Shown piece by piece: positions 39,473 to 48,807 of a stretch of DNA of 64,000 nucleotides. Every line of letters begins with the position of its first letter. Within the stretch, counting starts at the first letter, position 1. The stretch is from an uncultured Intrasporangiaceae bacterium (GTDB lineage: Bacteria; Actinomycetota; Actinomycetes; Actinomycetales; Dermatophilaceae), in NCBI GenBank assembly GCA_964647395.1, contig CAZYHR010000002.1:5601-69600 (forward strand), written 5' to 3'. A model generated the notes under the pieces. It was not told the origin of the DNA and did no database searches. It was given only the letters and a program-made list of their open reading frames with translations. The position numbers and the translations under genes are program-made.

Positions 39473-39778
39473 ATGCCGCCGGTCAATCCCCACGCTGCTG
39501 AACTGCAGGCGTATTACGAGGCCATGTCGGCCAAGCGCAACAAGTTGGTCTGGCCCCTGGTCACGCTCACCTTGGTCTACTTCTTCGTCCCGACCTCGAT
39601 CGTCTACTTCACCAACTGGATGGACGGTCAGGTTGTTCCCGGCCTGAGCTGGGCGTTCCTCTACGTGTTCACCACGTTCTTCTTCGTCGTGATCCTCACG
39701 ACCTACTACCGTTCCCAGATGCAGAAGGTCGAGGCCGAGATGCGGCCGGCTGAGACCAAGACGGAGGCCGCCAAGTGA
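39473..39778 (+). CDS. DUF485 small membrane protein (YjcH-like)
   Basis: It is 101 aa with two TM segments, and it immediately precedes and overlaps an SSS-family permease, like yjcH-actP. Confidence 0.75.
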   Translation: MPPVNPHAAELQAYYEAMSAKRNKLVWPLVTLTLVYFFVPTSIVYFTNWMDGQVVPGLSWAFLYVFTTFFFVVILTTYYRSQMQKVEAEMRPAETKTEAAK

Positions 39779-41394
39779 ACACCGGCCAGATCAGCCCATC
39801 GGCTGCCATCATCTTCGTCGCCCTCATCGGCGTCACCCTCTACATCACCTACTGGGCGGGCAAGCGCAACACCTCGGCGGCCTCCCACCTGGTCGCCGCC
39901 GGCCAGATCACCGGCCGGCAGAACGGCGTCGCCATCGCCGGTGACTTCATCTCGGCGGCCACCTTCCTCGGCATCACCGGCGCCATCGCGCTCGGTGGTC
40001 TCAACGGGGCCAGCACCGGCTTCTTCCTCGCGGCATACATCCCGATCGCCTACCTGCTGACCATGCTGCTCATCGCCGAGCCGCTGCGTAACCTCGGCCA
40101 CTTCACCCTCGGTGACGTGCTCGCGACCCGCTTCCCGGGCAAGAACGTCCGGGCCGCCATCGCGGTGGGCTCGGTCGTCCTCTCGCTCATCTACATCACC
40201 GCGCAGTTCGTCGCGGCCGCCAACCTGCTCAAGCTGCTGTTCGGTCTGCCCTACTGGGGCGCCGCCGCGGCCATCGGCATCCTGACGACGATCTACACGC
40301 TGTTCGGCGGCATGCTCGCGACGACCTACATCCAGATCGTCAAGACCGCCATCCTGCTGTTCTGCGGCGCGATCCTGCTGTTCCTCATCCTGGTGAAGTA
40401 CGGCTTCAACCCGCTGAGCCTGTTCCAGGAGGCCGACAAGATCTTCGCCTCCGACGGGGCCAAGGGCCTGCCGACGGCGGCGACGACGCCAGTCCATCCG
40501 ACGCCGATCAAGCAGTGGGACAACTTCAGCCAGACCCTCGGGCTGACCCTCGGTGTCCTCGGGCTGCCGCACGTCATGATCCGCTTCCTCACCGTCAAGG
40601 ACGGGCACAACGCCCGCACCTCGGCGGTCACCGCGATCTGGATCTTCGCGTGCTTCCTCATCACCCTGCCGGTCCTCGGCTTCGGTGCGTCGGTGCTCGT
40701 GGGCCGCAACGACATCCCCGCCGGTGGCACCATCGCGATGCCGCTGCTGTCCTTCGAGCTCGGCGGCGACCTGCTGCTGTCGTTCGTCTCAGCGGTGACC
40801 TTCGCGACGATCCTCGCGGCCCTCTCCGGCCTGGTCATCGCGACCTCCGGGGCCGTTGCTCACGACATCTACGGCAAGCTGCTCAAGGACGGTCTGGTGA
40901 CCCCCGAGAAGCAGTTGCTCGTGGCTCGCATCGCCACCGTCGGCGCGGCGACCGTGTCGCTGTTCATCTCGCTGCCCCTGGCCACGGTCAACATCGCGTT
41001 CTTCGCGGGTCTGGCCATCGCCATCGCGGCCAGCTCCAACCTGCCGGCGCTGCTGTTCACCATGTACTGGAAGAAGGCCACGGCCACCGGCCTCACCGTC
41101 GGCATGTGGACCGGACTGGTCGTCGCGGTCGGCATGATCCTGCTCAGTCCCACGGTGCCCTGGTTCGCGAGCAACCCGGCCAGCGCCCCGGTCCAATTGA
41201 CCGGTCCAGCGGTCATCTCCATCCCGGCCGGGTTCCTCGTCATGGCGTTGGTGTCGATGATGACCCAACCCAAGGGCGAGGCGGCCACCGAGCACGCCGA
41301 TCGGTATGAGCGGGTCCGCTTCCAGTCGATCACCGGCATCGACCCGAGCGACCCGAACAGCCTGCCGCCGTCGCTGCGGGTGGCCTCGCACTGA
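39775..41394 (+). CDS. Sodium:solute symporter family permease (ActP-like monocarboxylate/phenylacetate permease candidate)
   Basis: It is 539 aa and polytopic, with a GDFISAATFLGITG motif typical of ActP-type SSS transporters. Confidence 0.8.
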   Translation: MNTGQISPSAAIIFVALIGVTLYITYWAGKRNTSAASHLVAAGQITGRQNGVAIAGDFISAATFLGITGAIALGGLNGASTGFFLAAYIPIAYLLTMLLIAEPLRNLGHFTLGDVLATRFPGKNVRAAIAVGSVVLSLIYITAQFVAAANLLKLLFGLPYWGAAAAIGILTTIYTLFGGMLATTYIQIVKTAILLFCGAILLFLILVKYGFNPLSLFQEADKIFASDGAKGLPTAATTPVHPTPIKQWDNFSQTLGLTLGVLGLPHVMIRFLTVKDGHNARTSAVTAIWIFACFLITLPVLGFGASVLVGRNDIPAGGTIAMPLLSFELGGDLLLSFVSAVTFATILAALSGLVIATSGAVAHDIYGKLLKDGLVTPEKQLLVARIATVGAATVSLFISLPLATVNIAFFAGLAIAIAASSNLPALLFTMYWKKATATGLTVGMWTGLVVAVGMILLSPTVPWFASNPASAPVQLTGPAVISIPAGFLVMALVSMMTQPKGEAATEHADRYERVRFQSITGIDPSDPNSLPPSLRVASH

Positions 41395-41449
41395 CCCAGG
41401 CAGACCAGCACCACAGCTCCATCAGCACGACTGATCATCAGCACGACGC

Positions 41450-41480
41450 AGGGGCCCCCGGCGATCCGCCGGGGGCCCCT
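41450..41480 (+). terminator. Perfect 14-bp stem hairpin AGGGGCCCCCGGCG-ATC-CGCCGGGGGCCCCT
   Basis: It lies 56 nt downstream of the permease stop, at the right edge of the inserted block and before dapE. Confidence 0.6.
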
Positions 41481-41522
41481 CGCCCTGCGCCGCCCGGGGC
41501 CACGCTGCCTTAGGGTGACGGT

Positions 41523-42620
41523 ATGCCGCCCGCGCACCCCATCGCGCCCGCCCTCGACCTCACCCTCGACGCGGCCGAGTTGACCGCCGCGGTCTGCGAC
41601 CTCGAGTCGGTGAGCGGCGCCGAGGGACCTCTCGCCGACGCCGTCGAGGCCGCGCTGCGGCCGCTGGCCCACCTGCAGGTCGAGCGGGACGGCAACGCCG
41701 TCGTGGCCCGCACCCAGCTCGGCCGCCCCGAGCGCATCGTGCTCGCCGGGCACCTGGACACGGTGCCGCTCAGCGACCCGCCCAACCTGCCGACCCGGCG
41801 GGCCGGCACCGACCTGGTCGGCCGGGGCACCGTCGACATGAAGGGCGGGGTGGCGGTCATGCTGCGCCTCGCGGCGCTGCTGCCCGAGCCGGACCGGGAC
41901 CTCACCTTCGTCTTCTACGACTGCGAGGAGATCGACGCGGACAGCAACGGCCTGGGCCGGCTGGCCGCGACCAGGCCCGAGTTGCTTGCCGCGGACTTCG
42001 CCGTGCTGCTCGAGCCGACCGGCGGCGCCGTCGAGGGCGGCTGCAAGGGCACCCTGCGGGTCGAGGTGACGACCACCGGCGTGGCCGCCCACTCGGCGCG
42101 CCCCTGGGCCGGCCACAACGCGATCCACGACGCCGCCGAGGTGCTGGCCAGGCTGGCGGCATACCAGGCCCGGACGGTGCGGGTCGAAGGCCTGGACTAC
42201 CACGAGGCGCTGCAGGCCGTGCTGATCAGCGGGGGCACGGCCGGCAACGTCATCCCGGACCGGTGCGTCGTCACCGTCAACTACCGCTACGCACCCGACC
42301 TGGGCGAGCCGGAGGCGGTCGAACACGTCCGCGCCGTGTTCGCCGGTTTCGACGTGGTGGTCAAGGACAACGCCGGCGGCGCCCGGCCCGGCCTGGACCG
42401 CCCGGCCGCCCGGGCCTTCGTCGAGGCGCTCGGCGTGCCCGTGCAGGCCAAGGAGGGCTGGACCGACGTCGCCCGGTTCAGCGCGCTGGGCGTCCCGGCG
42501 GTGAACTTCGGGCCCGGCGACCCGCTGCTGGCGCACCGGGACGACGAGCGGGCCCCGGTGCAGCAGTTCCTCGACGCCGAGGCGGCGCTGCTGCGCTGGC
42601 TCGGCGGAGCGCCCCGGTGA
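41523..42620 (+). CDS. dapE: Succinyl-diaminopimelate desuccinylase (M20 peptidase)
   Basis: It has LAGHLDTVP, GRGTVDMKGG and the actinobacterial DapE pattern. It is the conserved neighbour of dapD in mycobacteria. Confidence 0.85.
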   Translation: MPPAHPIAPALDLTLDAAELTAAVCDLESVSGAEGPLADAVEAALRPLAHLQVERDGNAVVARTQLGRPERIVLAGHLDTVPLSDPPNLPTRRAGTDLVGRGTVDMKGGVAVMLRLAALLPEPDRDLTFVFYDCEEIDADSNGLGRLAATRPELLAADFAVLLEPTGGAVEGGCKGTLRVEVTTTGVAAHSARPWAGHNAIHDAAEVLARLAAYQARTVRVEGLDYHEALQAVLISGGTAGNVIPDRCVVTVNYRYAPDLGEPEAVEHVRAVFAGFDVVVKDNAGGARPGLDRPAARAFVEALGVPVQAKEGWTDVARFSALGVPAVNFGPGDPLLAHRDDERAPVQQFLDAEAALLRWLGGAPR

Positions 42621-43396
42621 GCGAGCGCGGCGGCATGCGCGCCCGCCGCGAGCACCGCAAGGGCCCGATCACCCTGCGCGGCGACCAGGTGCCCGCGCAG
42701 ACGACCGACCAGCGGCTGCTGGACAGCCGCGGCTCGGCCGACTGGGTGCACACCGACCCGTGGCGGGTCATGCGGATCCAGGCCGAGTTCGTCGAGGGCT
42801 TCGGCGCGCTGGCCGAGCTGGGCCCAGCGGTGAGCGTGTTCGGCTCGGCCCGGCTCGGCCCGGACGACCCGGCCTACCAGCTCGGCGTGCGGCTCGGGGC
42901 CGCGTTGGCCCGGGCCGGGCTGGCGGTGATCACCGGCGGTGGCCCGGGGCTCATGGAGGCAGCCAACCGGGGCGCGCTCGAGGCGGGCGGGGCGTCGGTC
43001 GGGCTGGGCATCGAGCTGCCGTTCGAGGCCGGGCTCAACGACTTCGTCGACCTCGGGGTCAACTTCCGCTACTTCTTCGCCCGCAAGACGATGTTCGTCA
43101 AGTACGCCGAGGGGTTCATCGTGTTGCCCGGTGGGCTGGGCACCCTGGACGAGCTGTTCGAGGCGCTGACCCTCGTGCAGACCGGCAAGATCACCTCGTT
43201 TCCTATCGTGCTCATCGGCAGCAGTTACTGGGGCGGGCTGCTGGACTGGCTGCGCGACACCCTCGTGGCCCGCGGCACCATCGCCGCGGCCGACCTGGAC
43301 CGCATCCAACTGACCGACGACGTCGAGGAGGCGGTCCGGCTGGTGCTCAGCGGGGTCGAACCGCACGAGCTGCCCGAGCAGGAGGTGGTCCGGTGA
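42617..43396 (+). CDS. LOG family protein (TIGR00730 Rossmann fold; cytokinin riboside 5'-monophosphate phosphoribohydrolase-like)
   Basis: It has VFGSARL, GGGPGLMEAANRGA and PGGLGTLDELFE. The start is GTG 42617 (overlapping the dapE stop) or ATG 42635. Confidence 0.85.
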   Translation: MSERGGMRARREHRKGPITLRGDQVPAQTTDQRLLDSRGSADWVHTDPWRVMRIQAEFVEGFGALAELGPAVSVFGSARLGPDDPAYQLGVRLGAALARAGLAVITGGGPGLMEAANRGALEAGGASVGLGIELPFEAGLNDFVDLGVNFRYFFARKTMFVKYAEGFIVLPGGLGTLDELFEALTLVQTGKITSFPIVLIGSSYWGGLLDWLRDTLVARGTIAAADLDRIQLTDDVEEAVRLVLSGVEPHELPEQEVVR

Positions 43397-43950
43397 TCAT
43401 CGTCGGACTGTGCATCGCGGTGGTGCTCATCGCGCTGACCGTCGCCGCCGTGCTCGGCCGGATCGACGGGTCGCTGCGGGAGCCCACCAGCACGCTGGCC
43501 TACCTGCCGCTGCCCGAGGACCGGCTCACCCCCGACGACCTGGCGGCGCTGCGCCTGGACACCGCGCTGCGCGGCTACCGGATGGAGCAGGTGGACCAGG
43601 TCATCGGCCGGCTCGCCGCCGAGATCGCGCAGTTGCGCGAGCAGGTCGCGGCCAGCTCCGACGGAGTCGGTATGCCGCCCCCGGCCGCTCCGGCCGCCCC
43701 GGACGCATCCCCGTTCGCCCGGCCCGACGAGGCTGCGCCGCGGGAGTCGGCGGCCGGCGAGTCGCACCCGGGCCAGTCGCAGCCGGGCCCGTCGCAGCCG
43801 GGCCCGTCGCAGCCGGGCCAGTCCCAGCCGGGCCAGTCGCAGCCGGGCGAGGCGGCGCCGACGAGCCCGGAGCCGGAGCTGCCTGTCGGGCTGCCGCCGC
43901 GGCGCCTCGACCCCGACGGCCCGGCGCACCCCCGCCGGCCGCCGGACTGA
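43393..43950 (+). CDS. DivIVA-domain membrane protein with Pro/Gly/Gln/Ser repeat tail
   Basis: It has an N-terminal TM, an ALRGYRMEQVDQVIGRLAAEIAQLREQ motif (DivIVA-type) and a C-terminal (SQPGx)n repeat. Confidence 0.65.
   Translation: MIIVGLCIAVVLIALTVAAVLGRIDGSLREPTSTLAYLPLPEDRLTPDDLAALRLDTALRGYRMEQVDQVIGRLAAEIAQLREQVAASSDGVGMPPPAAPAAPDASPFARPDEAAPRESAAGESHPGQSQPGPSQPGPSQPGQSQPGQSQPGEAAPTSPEPELPVGLPPRRLDPDGPAHPRRPPD
43768..43848 (+). repeat. In-frame 15-bp tandem repeat x5.4 (CCGGGCCAGTCGCAG) encoding PGQSQ/PGPSQ
   Basis: Read directly from the sequence, inside CDS 43393-43950. Confidence 0.9.
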
Positions 43951-43993
43951 CCCGAGTGACCGGTGCTCCCGCCGTGCGGGCGGTGCGAACCCG

Positions 43994-44470
43994 GTGACCG
44001 CGGCCGGTGCCGGCTCGGCGCCCGGGGTGCGCCTGCAGCGCCACCTGCCGCACCCGATCGAGACGGTGTGGCAGGCGGTCTCCGACGTGCGGCGGCACCG
44101 GGTGCCGCTGACCAGGGTGCGCCCGGGGCCGGGCGAGCCGCAGGTCGGCTGGCGGTTCGTCGCGCAGACCCGCCTGGCCGTGGGCCGGGTCGGCGTGGGC
44201 TTGCAGGACTCCATGGTCGTCACCCGCTGGCAGCCGCCGGCAGCCGACCGGGACGAGGCCGGTTACGCCCTGGTCAAGACCGGCCGGGTGGTCGGCGGCT
44301 GGGCCGAGATCGGCCTGCGGCGCACCGCGCCGGACCGCACGCTGGTGACCTGGCGCGAGTCGATCACGGTGCACCCGCAGCTGGTCGGCCGCCTCCTGCA
44401 GCCCGCGACCGACCGAGCCACCCGCGCCCTGCTCAGGGCCGTCCTGAACGAGCTGTTCGGCCGTGCCTGA
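43994..44470 (+). CDS. SRPBCC (polyketide cyclase/dehydrase-like) family protein
   Basis: The size (158 aa) and the pattern (PIETVWQAVSDVRRH...) fit the family. This is a weakly supported family call. Confidence 0.5.
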   Translation: MTAAGAGSAPGVRLQRHLPHPIETVWQAVSDVRRHRVPLTRVRPGPGEPQVGWRFVAQTRLAVGRVGVGLQDSMVVTRWQPPAADRDEAGYALVKTGRVVGGWAEIGLRRTAPDRTLVTWRESITVHPQLVGRLLQPATDRATRALLRAVLNELFGRA

Positions 44471-45053
44471 CCTGGTCCGCGGCCCGGACGGCCTGACCCG
44501 GTGCGGCTGGGCCGGCCCGGCCGCCGACTACCTGGCCTACCACGACGACGAGTGGGGCCGGCCGGTGCACGGCGAGGCCGAGCTCTACCAGCGGCTCACC
44601 CTCGAGGCGTTCCAGTCCGGGCTGTCCTGGCTGACCATCCTGCGCAAGCGGGAGGCCTTCCGGCGGGCGTTCGCCGGCTTCGACCCCGAGCGGGTCGCCC
44701 GCTTCGGCGACGCCGACCGGGCGCGCCTGCTCGCCGACGCCGGCATCGTGCGCAACGCCCGCAAGATCGACGCGGCGATCCACAACGCGCGCGCCGTGCT
44801 GCAGTTGCGGGCGGCGGGCGGGCTGGCCGCCCTGATCTGGGCGCACGCGCCCGCGCGGCATACCCGTCCCACCCGGTCGGCCGAGGTGCCGGCCCGCACC
44901 CCCGAGTCCGCCGCGCTGGCCACGCAACTGCGCCGGCACGGGCTGGTCTTCGTCGGTCCGACCACCGCGTATGCCGCGATGCAGGCGTGCGGGCTGGTCG
45001 ACGACCACCTGGTCGGCTGCCATCGGGCCGGCGGTGATCGCGCCGGCCGGTAG
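44463..45053 (+). CDS. tag: DNA-3-methyladenine glycosylase I
   Basis: It has YHDDEWGRPVHGE, LTLEAFQSGLSWLTILRKREAFR and the C-terminal Cys/His zinc site. Confidence 0.9.
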   Translation: MPDLVRGPDGLTRCGWAGPAADYLAYHDDEWGRPVHGEAELYQRLTLEAFQSGLSWLTILRKREAFRRAFAGFDPERVARFGDADRARLLADAGIVRNARKIDAAIHNARAVLQLRAAGGLAALIWAHAPARHTRPTRSAEVPARTPESAALATQLRRHGLVFVGPTTAYAAMQACGLVDDHLVGCHRAGGDRAGR

Positions 45054-45063
45054 AGTCCCGCTC

Positions 45064-46293
45064 GTGCCGGACCTCACGCAGCGGTTCCCGCGCGCCGAGG
45101 CGGTCCTGGACCGGATCCTGGGTGGGCGGTTCGTCTGGCAGGTCGTCGTGCTCTATGCGCTGACCCGGATCGTCACCGGCATCATGCTCGCCGTCGTCGC
45201 CCCGACCCAGGCCCCGGCCGGGATGACCGACGGCCAGCGGGTCGGCTATCTCGGCTTCACCCGGCTCTGGGACGGGGAGTGGTACGAGCGGGTCGCGGTC
45301 GACGGCTACCCGGTCGACGTGCCCCGCGACCGCAACGGCTTCGCCGTGCAGAACCCGTGGGCCTTCTATCCGCTGTTCCCCATGTTGTCCCGGGCGGTCA
45401 TGGCGGTGACCGGGCTGCCGTTCGCGCCGGTCGGTTCGACGATCGCGCTGCTGCTCGGCTTCGGGGCCGCGGTGGCGCTGGCCGTGCTGATGCGCGAGAC
45501 CATCGGCCGGGTCGGCGCGCTGACCGTGCTCACCCTGTATGCCGTGTTCCCGTCCTCGCCGGCGCTGCAGGTCGCCTACACCGAGTCGCTGGCCATGCTG
45601 CTGCTGTGCTGCTATCTGCTGGCCCTGCGCCGCGAGCGATGGCTGGTCGCGACCGGACTGGCCCTGCTGGTCGGGGTGTCCCGGCCGATCGCGCTGCCGC
45701 TGGGGCTGGTGACCCTCGTGGCGCTGGTGCTGCGCTGGCGACGTCGGCACACCGCCCCGATCCGGCTGCGCGAGGGGGCCGGCGCGCTCGCCGCGCTGGT
45801 GGGGTGCGGGGTCGCCGGGCTGACCTGGCCGGCCATCGCCTGGTGGGTGACCGGGGAGCCCGGGGCGTACGTCGACACGATGGGCGCCTGGAACCCCGGC
45901 GGGCGGGTGCGGTTCTTCCAGCCCTGGTTGGACACCCCCGGCTACTACCTCGGCGACTGGGGCCGGCCGGCCCTGGTGCTGGTCGTCGCGCTGCTCATCG
46001 CGGGCATGGCCGGGCCCTGGGCGGTGCGGCTCGGACCGGTGCTGCGGGTCTGGCCGCTGGCCTACGCGGCATACATCATGGCGGTGCAGGGGCCGGGCAC
46101 GAGCACGCCGCGCTACCTGCTGCCGATGTTCCCCTATCTCGCGGTCCTGCTCGGCCTGGCCGGTCCCGGCCTGCCGCGCTGGTTGCCGACCTGGCTGCGG
46201 TTCGCCTGGCTGCTGCCGCTGTCGCTGTGGTGGCAGTGGAAGTGGATCACCGTGCTCTGGCATTTCCGGCCGCCCACGGACTGGGCGCCCTGA
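45064..46293 (+). CDS. Polytopic membrane protein, GT-C/PIG-V-like glycosyltransferase candidate
   Basis: It has multiple TM segments and a WDGEWYERVAVDGY motif like PIG-V/DUF2029-type mannosyltransferases. Confidence 0.45.
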   Translation: MPDLTQRFPRAEAVLDRILGGRFVWQVVVLYALTRIVTGIMLAVVAPTQAPAGMTDGQRVGYLGFTRLWDGEWYERVAVDGYPVDVPRDRNGFAVQNPWAFYPLFPMLSRAVMAVTGLPFAPVGSTIALLLGFGAAVALAVLMRETIGRVGALTVLTLYAVFPSSPALQVAYTESLAMLLLCCYLLALRRERWLVATGLALLVGVSRPIALPLGLVTLVALVLRWRRRHTAPIRLREGAGALAALVGCGVAGLTWPAIAWWVTGEPGAYVDTMGAWNPGGRVRFFQPWLDTPGYYLGDWGRPALVLVVALLIAGMAGPWAVRLGPVLRVWPLAYAAYIMAVQGPGTSTPRYLLPMFPYLAVLLGLAGPGLPRWLPTWLRFAWLLPLSLWWQWKWITVLWHFRPPTDWAP

Positions 46294-46437
46294 GCGACCG
46301 GCCGCCCGGCGAGAACCAGCCGGGTGGCCGATTTCACGTCACCCCTCCCGGCAGGGGATAATGCTTCCTGGTCGGCAGCGCCTTGCTGCACGCGCACAAC
46401 CCCGCGCACGACCGGAGCACCGAGGAAGGGGAGCCAC

Positions 46438-46611
46438 ATGGCGGCGATGAAGCCGAGGACCGGCGACGGTCCGCTCGAGGTCACCAAGGAGGGCCGCGGC
46501 ATCGTCCTGCGGATGCCCCTCGAGGGTGGCGGACGCCTGGTCGTCGAGATGACGCCCGACGAGGCCGCGGCACTGCGTGACGCGATCGCTGGGTGCGACG
46601 GCGTCTCCTGA
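46438..46611 (+). CDS. DUF3117 small conserved actinobacterial protein (Rv1211-like)
   Basis: MAAMKPRTGDGPLEVTKEGRGIVLRMPLEGGGRLVVEMTPDEAAAL is nearly identical to the mycobacterial orthologue as I recall it. SD GGAAGGGGAG is present. Confidence 0.8.
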   Translation: MAAMKPRTGDGPLEVTKEGRGIVLRMPLEGGGRLVVEMTPDEAAALRDAIAGCDGVS

Positions 46612-46629
46612 CTCCGCCCCGCACGCAAG

Positions 46630-46657
46630 AGGCCCCCGATCCATCGGTCGGGGGCCT
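46630..46657. terminator. Bidirectional hairpin AGGCCCCCGA-N8-TCGGGGGCCT between convergent genes
   Basis: It has a perfect 10-bp stem and lies between the DUF3117 stop (46611) and the O-methyltransferase stop (46675). Confidence 0.6.
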
Positions 46658-46674
46658 TCGTCGCGTCGCGACGC

Positions 46675-47307
46675 TCAGCGCTTGACGGCCACGAGCAGCC
46701 CGTCGCCGACCGGCAGCAAGGTGGTGCGGAACCGCTCGTCGTCGCGCAGCGACTTGCCCAGGACGCGCAGGGTGCGGGTGGTGTCGTCGCGGGCGGCCGG
46801 GTCGGCCACCTGGTCGTGCCAGAGCATGTTGTCCAGCGCGAGCACCCCACCGGCGCGCAGCAGCCGCACGGCCTCCTCGACGTAGGTGGGATAGGTCGGC
46901 TTGTCCGCGTCGACGAGCACCAGGTCGTAGGCGCCGTCCGTCATTCGGGACAGCAGGTCCAGGGCCCGGCCGGTGATGACCCGGGTGCGCTGGTGGGGGT
47001 AGCCGGCGGCGGCGAAGGCCTCTTTGGCGGCCCGCTGGTGCTCGGCCTCGACGTCGATCGTCGTGAGCACCCCGTCGGCCGGCATGCCGGACAGCAGCCA
47101 CAAGCCGGACACGCCGGCGCCGGTGCCGATCTCGACGACGGTGCGGGCCGCGATGCCGGCGGTGAGCATCCGCAGGGCGGCCCCGGTCGCGGCCGCCACC
47201 GGGGTCGCGCCGAGCTCCTCGCCGCGCAGCCGGGCCCGCTCGATGATCGGGTCCTCGGTGACGAACGACTCGGCGTAGGACCAGCTCGCGGCACGGTTGG
47301 CGCTCAT
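46675..47307 (-). CDS. Class I SAM-dependent O-methyltransferase (caffeoyl-CoA OMT-like)
   Basis: It has the SAM motif VVEIGTGAGVSG and DLVLVDADK. It is the conserved neighbour upstream of sigE in actinobacteria. Confidence 0.85.
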   Translation of the reverse strand: MSANRAASWSYAESFVTEDPIIERARLRGEELGATPVAAATGAALRMLTAGIAARTVVEIGTGAGVSGLWLLSGMPADGVLTTIDVEAEHQRAAKEAFAAAGYPHQRTRVITGRALDLLSRMTDGAYDLVLVDADKPTYPTYVEEAVRLLRAGGVLALDNMLWHDQVADPAARDDTTRTLRVLGKSLRDDERFRTTLLPVGDGLLVAVKR

Positions 47308-47479
47308 GTCCTCAGCCTAGTGGCGGCGTGCGGCGCCGGCCGGATATTGCCGGCCGGGTGGGCGCGCGGTGGCCCGCCCGCCGGGGTGCGTATCAGGGTC
47401 TGGTCGGGGGAATCTGGGGGTCGACCCGGATTGTTAGCGTGGAGTGTCTGGGGGCACAGTGAAGATGTGCCCTCCAGGG

Positions 47480-47505
47480 GGAACTCTGGAGCCCAACCGC
47501 ACGTC
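47480..47505 (+). promoter_or_regulatory. Candidate ECF-type promoter GGAAC-N17-CGTC upstream of sigE
   Basis: Read directly from the sequence, about 30 nt upstream of GTG 47534. It resembles the GGAAC...GTT class of SigE-dependent promoters, but the -10 element is imperfect. Confidence 0.3.
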
Positions 47506-47533
47506 AGACGAGCAAGCTCCCGGAAGGTGACAC

Positions 47534-48199
47534 GTGACCGAGATGACGACCCAGACCGTGCCGACCACGGCCGGTGCCGTCGACGAGCCCTGGTCGCCGC
47601 CGTCCTGGGAGCACATCGTCACCGAGCACTCGGGCCGGGTCTATCGCCTCGCCTACCGGCTGACCGGTAACCCGCACGACGCCGAGGACCTCACCCACGA
47701 CGTGTTCGTGCGGGTGTTCCGCTCGCTGCACTCCTACACGCCGGGCACCTTCGAGGGTTGGCTGCACCGCATCACCACCAACGTCTTCCTGGACAAGATG
47801 CGCCGCAAGCAGCGGATCCGCTTCGACGCGCTGCCCGAGGACGCGCCGTCCCGCCTGGCGACCCGCGAGCCCGGCCCGGAGCAGGTCTTCGACGAGCGGC
47901 ACCTGGACGACGACATCCAGCGGGCCCTCGACGCGCTGAGCCCCGAGTTCCGGGCGGCCGTCGTGCTGTGCGACATCGAGGGCCTGTCCTACGAGGAGAT
48001 CGCGGCCACCCTCGACATCAAACTCGGCACCGTCCGCTCCCGGATCCACCGCGGCCGGGCCCAACTGCGCGAGGCGCTGGCCCATCGCGCGCCGCGGCCG
48101 GAAGCCGTGCCGGCCGGGACCGCCGCGAGCGGGCCGTCCGCCCGCCCCACCCGGACCCTGCCGGTGCGCCGACTGCTCCCCGCCGGTCGAGGGGCGTGA
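47534..48199 (+). CDS. sigE: ECF RNA polymerase sigma factor SigE
   Basis: Region 2 ([25 protein letters not shown]) and region 4 ([25 protein letters not shown]) are present, and the gene is followed by a ZAS anti-sigma factor and htrA. Confidence 0.9.
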   Translation: MTEMTTQTVPTTAGAVDEPWSPPSWEHIVTEHSGRVYRLAYRLTGNPHDAEDLTHDVFVRVFRSLHSYTPGTFEGWLHRITTNVFLDKMRRKQRIRFDALPEDAPSRLATREPGPEQVFDERHLDDDIQRALDALSPEFRAAVVLCDIEGLSYEEIAATLDIKLGTVRSRIHRGRAQLREALAHRAPRPEAVPAGTAASGPSARPTRTLPVRRLLPAGRGA

Positions 48200-48807
48200 T
48201 GGCCCGACACCTCGGCGACGAGCTCAGCGACTACGTCGACCGCCGGATGCCGGCGGCGCTGCTGCTTGCCTGGGACCGGCATCTGGTCGGCTGTCAGCTG
48301 TGCCGGTGCGCGGCCGATCAGGAGCGCCGGGTCCTGGCGTCGCTGCGGGCCAACCCGGCCCCGCACGTGCCCTCCGGCCTGCACCAGATGCTGCTCGCGC
48401 TCAGCCTGCCCGGTGAGCCCCCGGCCGGCGCTGCCGGGGTCGCCCCCGCGGGCCCGCCGATCCCCGCGCCACCGCCGGGCGCGCCGCACCCGCTGGCCGT
48501 CGGCCCGTCCCGGCTGCCCACCCTCGGCCGGGCCGCCCCCGCGCACTACCGGTCGCTGCGTCGCCCGCTCGCGCTGGCGGGCGCGGTCGCCGGGTCCGCC
48601 GCCGCCGCGGCGCTGACCATCGGCCTGGCCACCCCGGTCGGCTCGTCCTCGGCGGCGGTCGTGCAGCCGGCCCCCGCCACCGCGCCCGGCTGGAACGCGG
48701 TCGGCGTCTCCGGCGCCTATTCGTGGGTGCCCAGCGTCGTGCAGGTCGGCGGGCCCAGCCGGGTGCAGAGTGTCCTGGCCCCCGCCACGGAGCGACCCAG
48801 CCGATGA
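48199..48807 (+). CDS. rseA: Zinc-associated anti-sigma factor (RseA-like)
   Basis: It has an N-terminal HxxxCxxC motif (RHLVGCQLC). Its ATG overlaps the sigE stop (GTGATG). Confidence 0.8.
   Translation: MARHLGDELSDYVDRRMPAALLLAWDRHLVGCQLCRCAADQERRVLASLRANPAPHVPSGLHQMLLALSLPGEPPAGAAGVAPAGPPIPAPPPGAPHPLAVGPSRLPTLGRAAPAHYRSLRRPLALAGAVAGSAAAAALTIGLATPVGSSSAAVVQPAPATAPGWNAVGVSGAYSWVPSVVQVGGPSRVQSVLAPATERPSR

Noticed and set aside
43768-43848. The 15-bp tandem repeats as a possible CRISPR-like or minisatellite element.
   Set aside because: The repeats are contiguous without spacers, in frame, and encode a PGQSQ low-complexity tail of a real CDS.
47308-47533. The 226-bp spacer upstream of sigE as a possible tRNA or small RNA gene.
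   Set aside because: It has no cloverleaf-compatible arms or T-loop consensus (GGTTCGAATCC-like). Only a short 6-bp hairpin is present, which fits a promoter or 5'-UTR region better.
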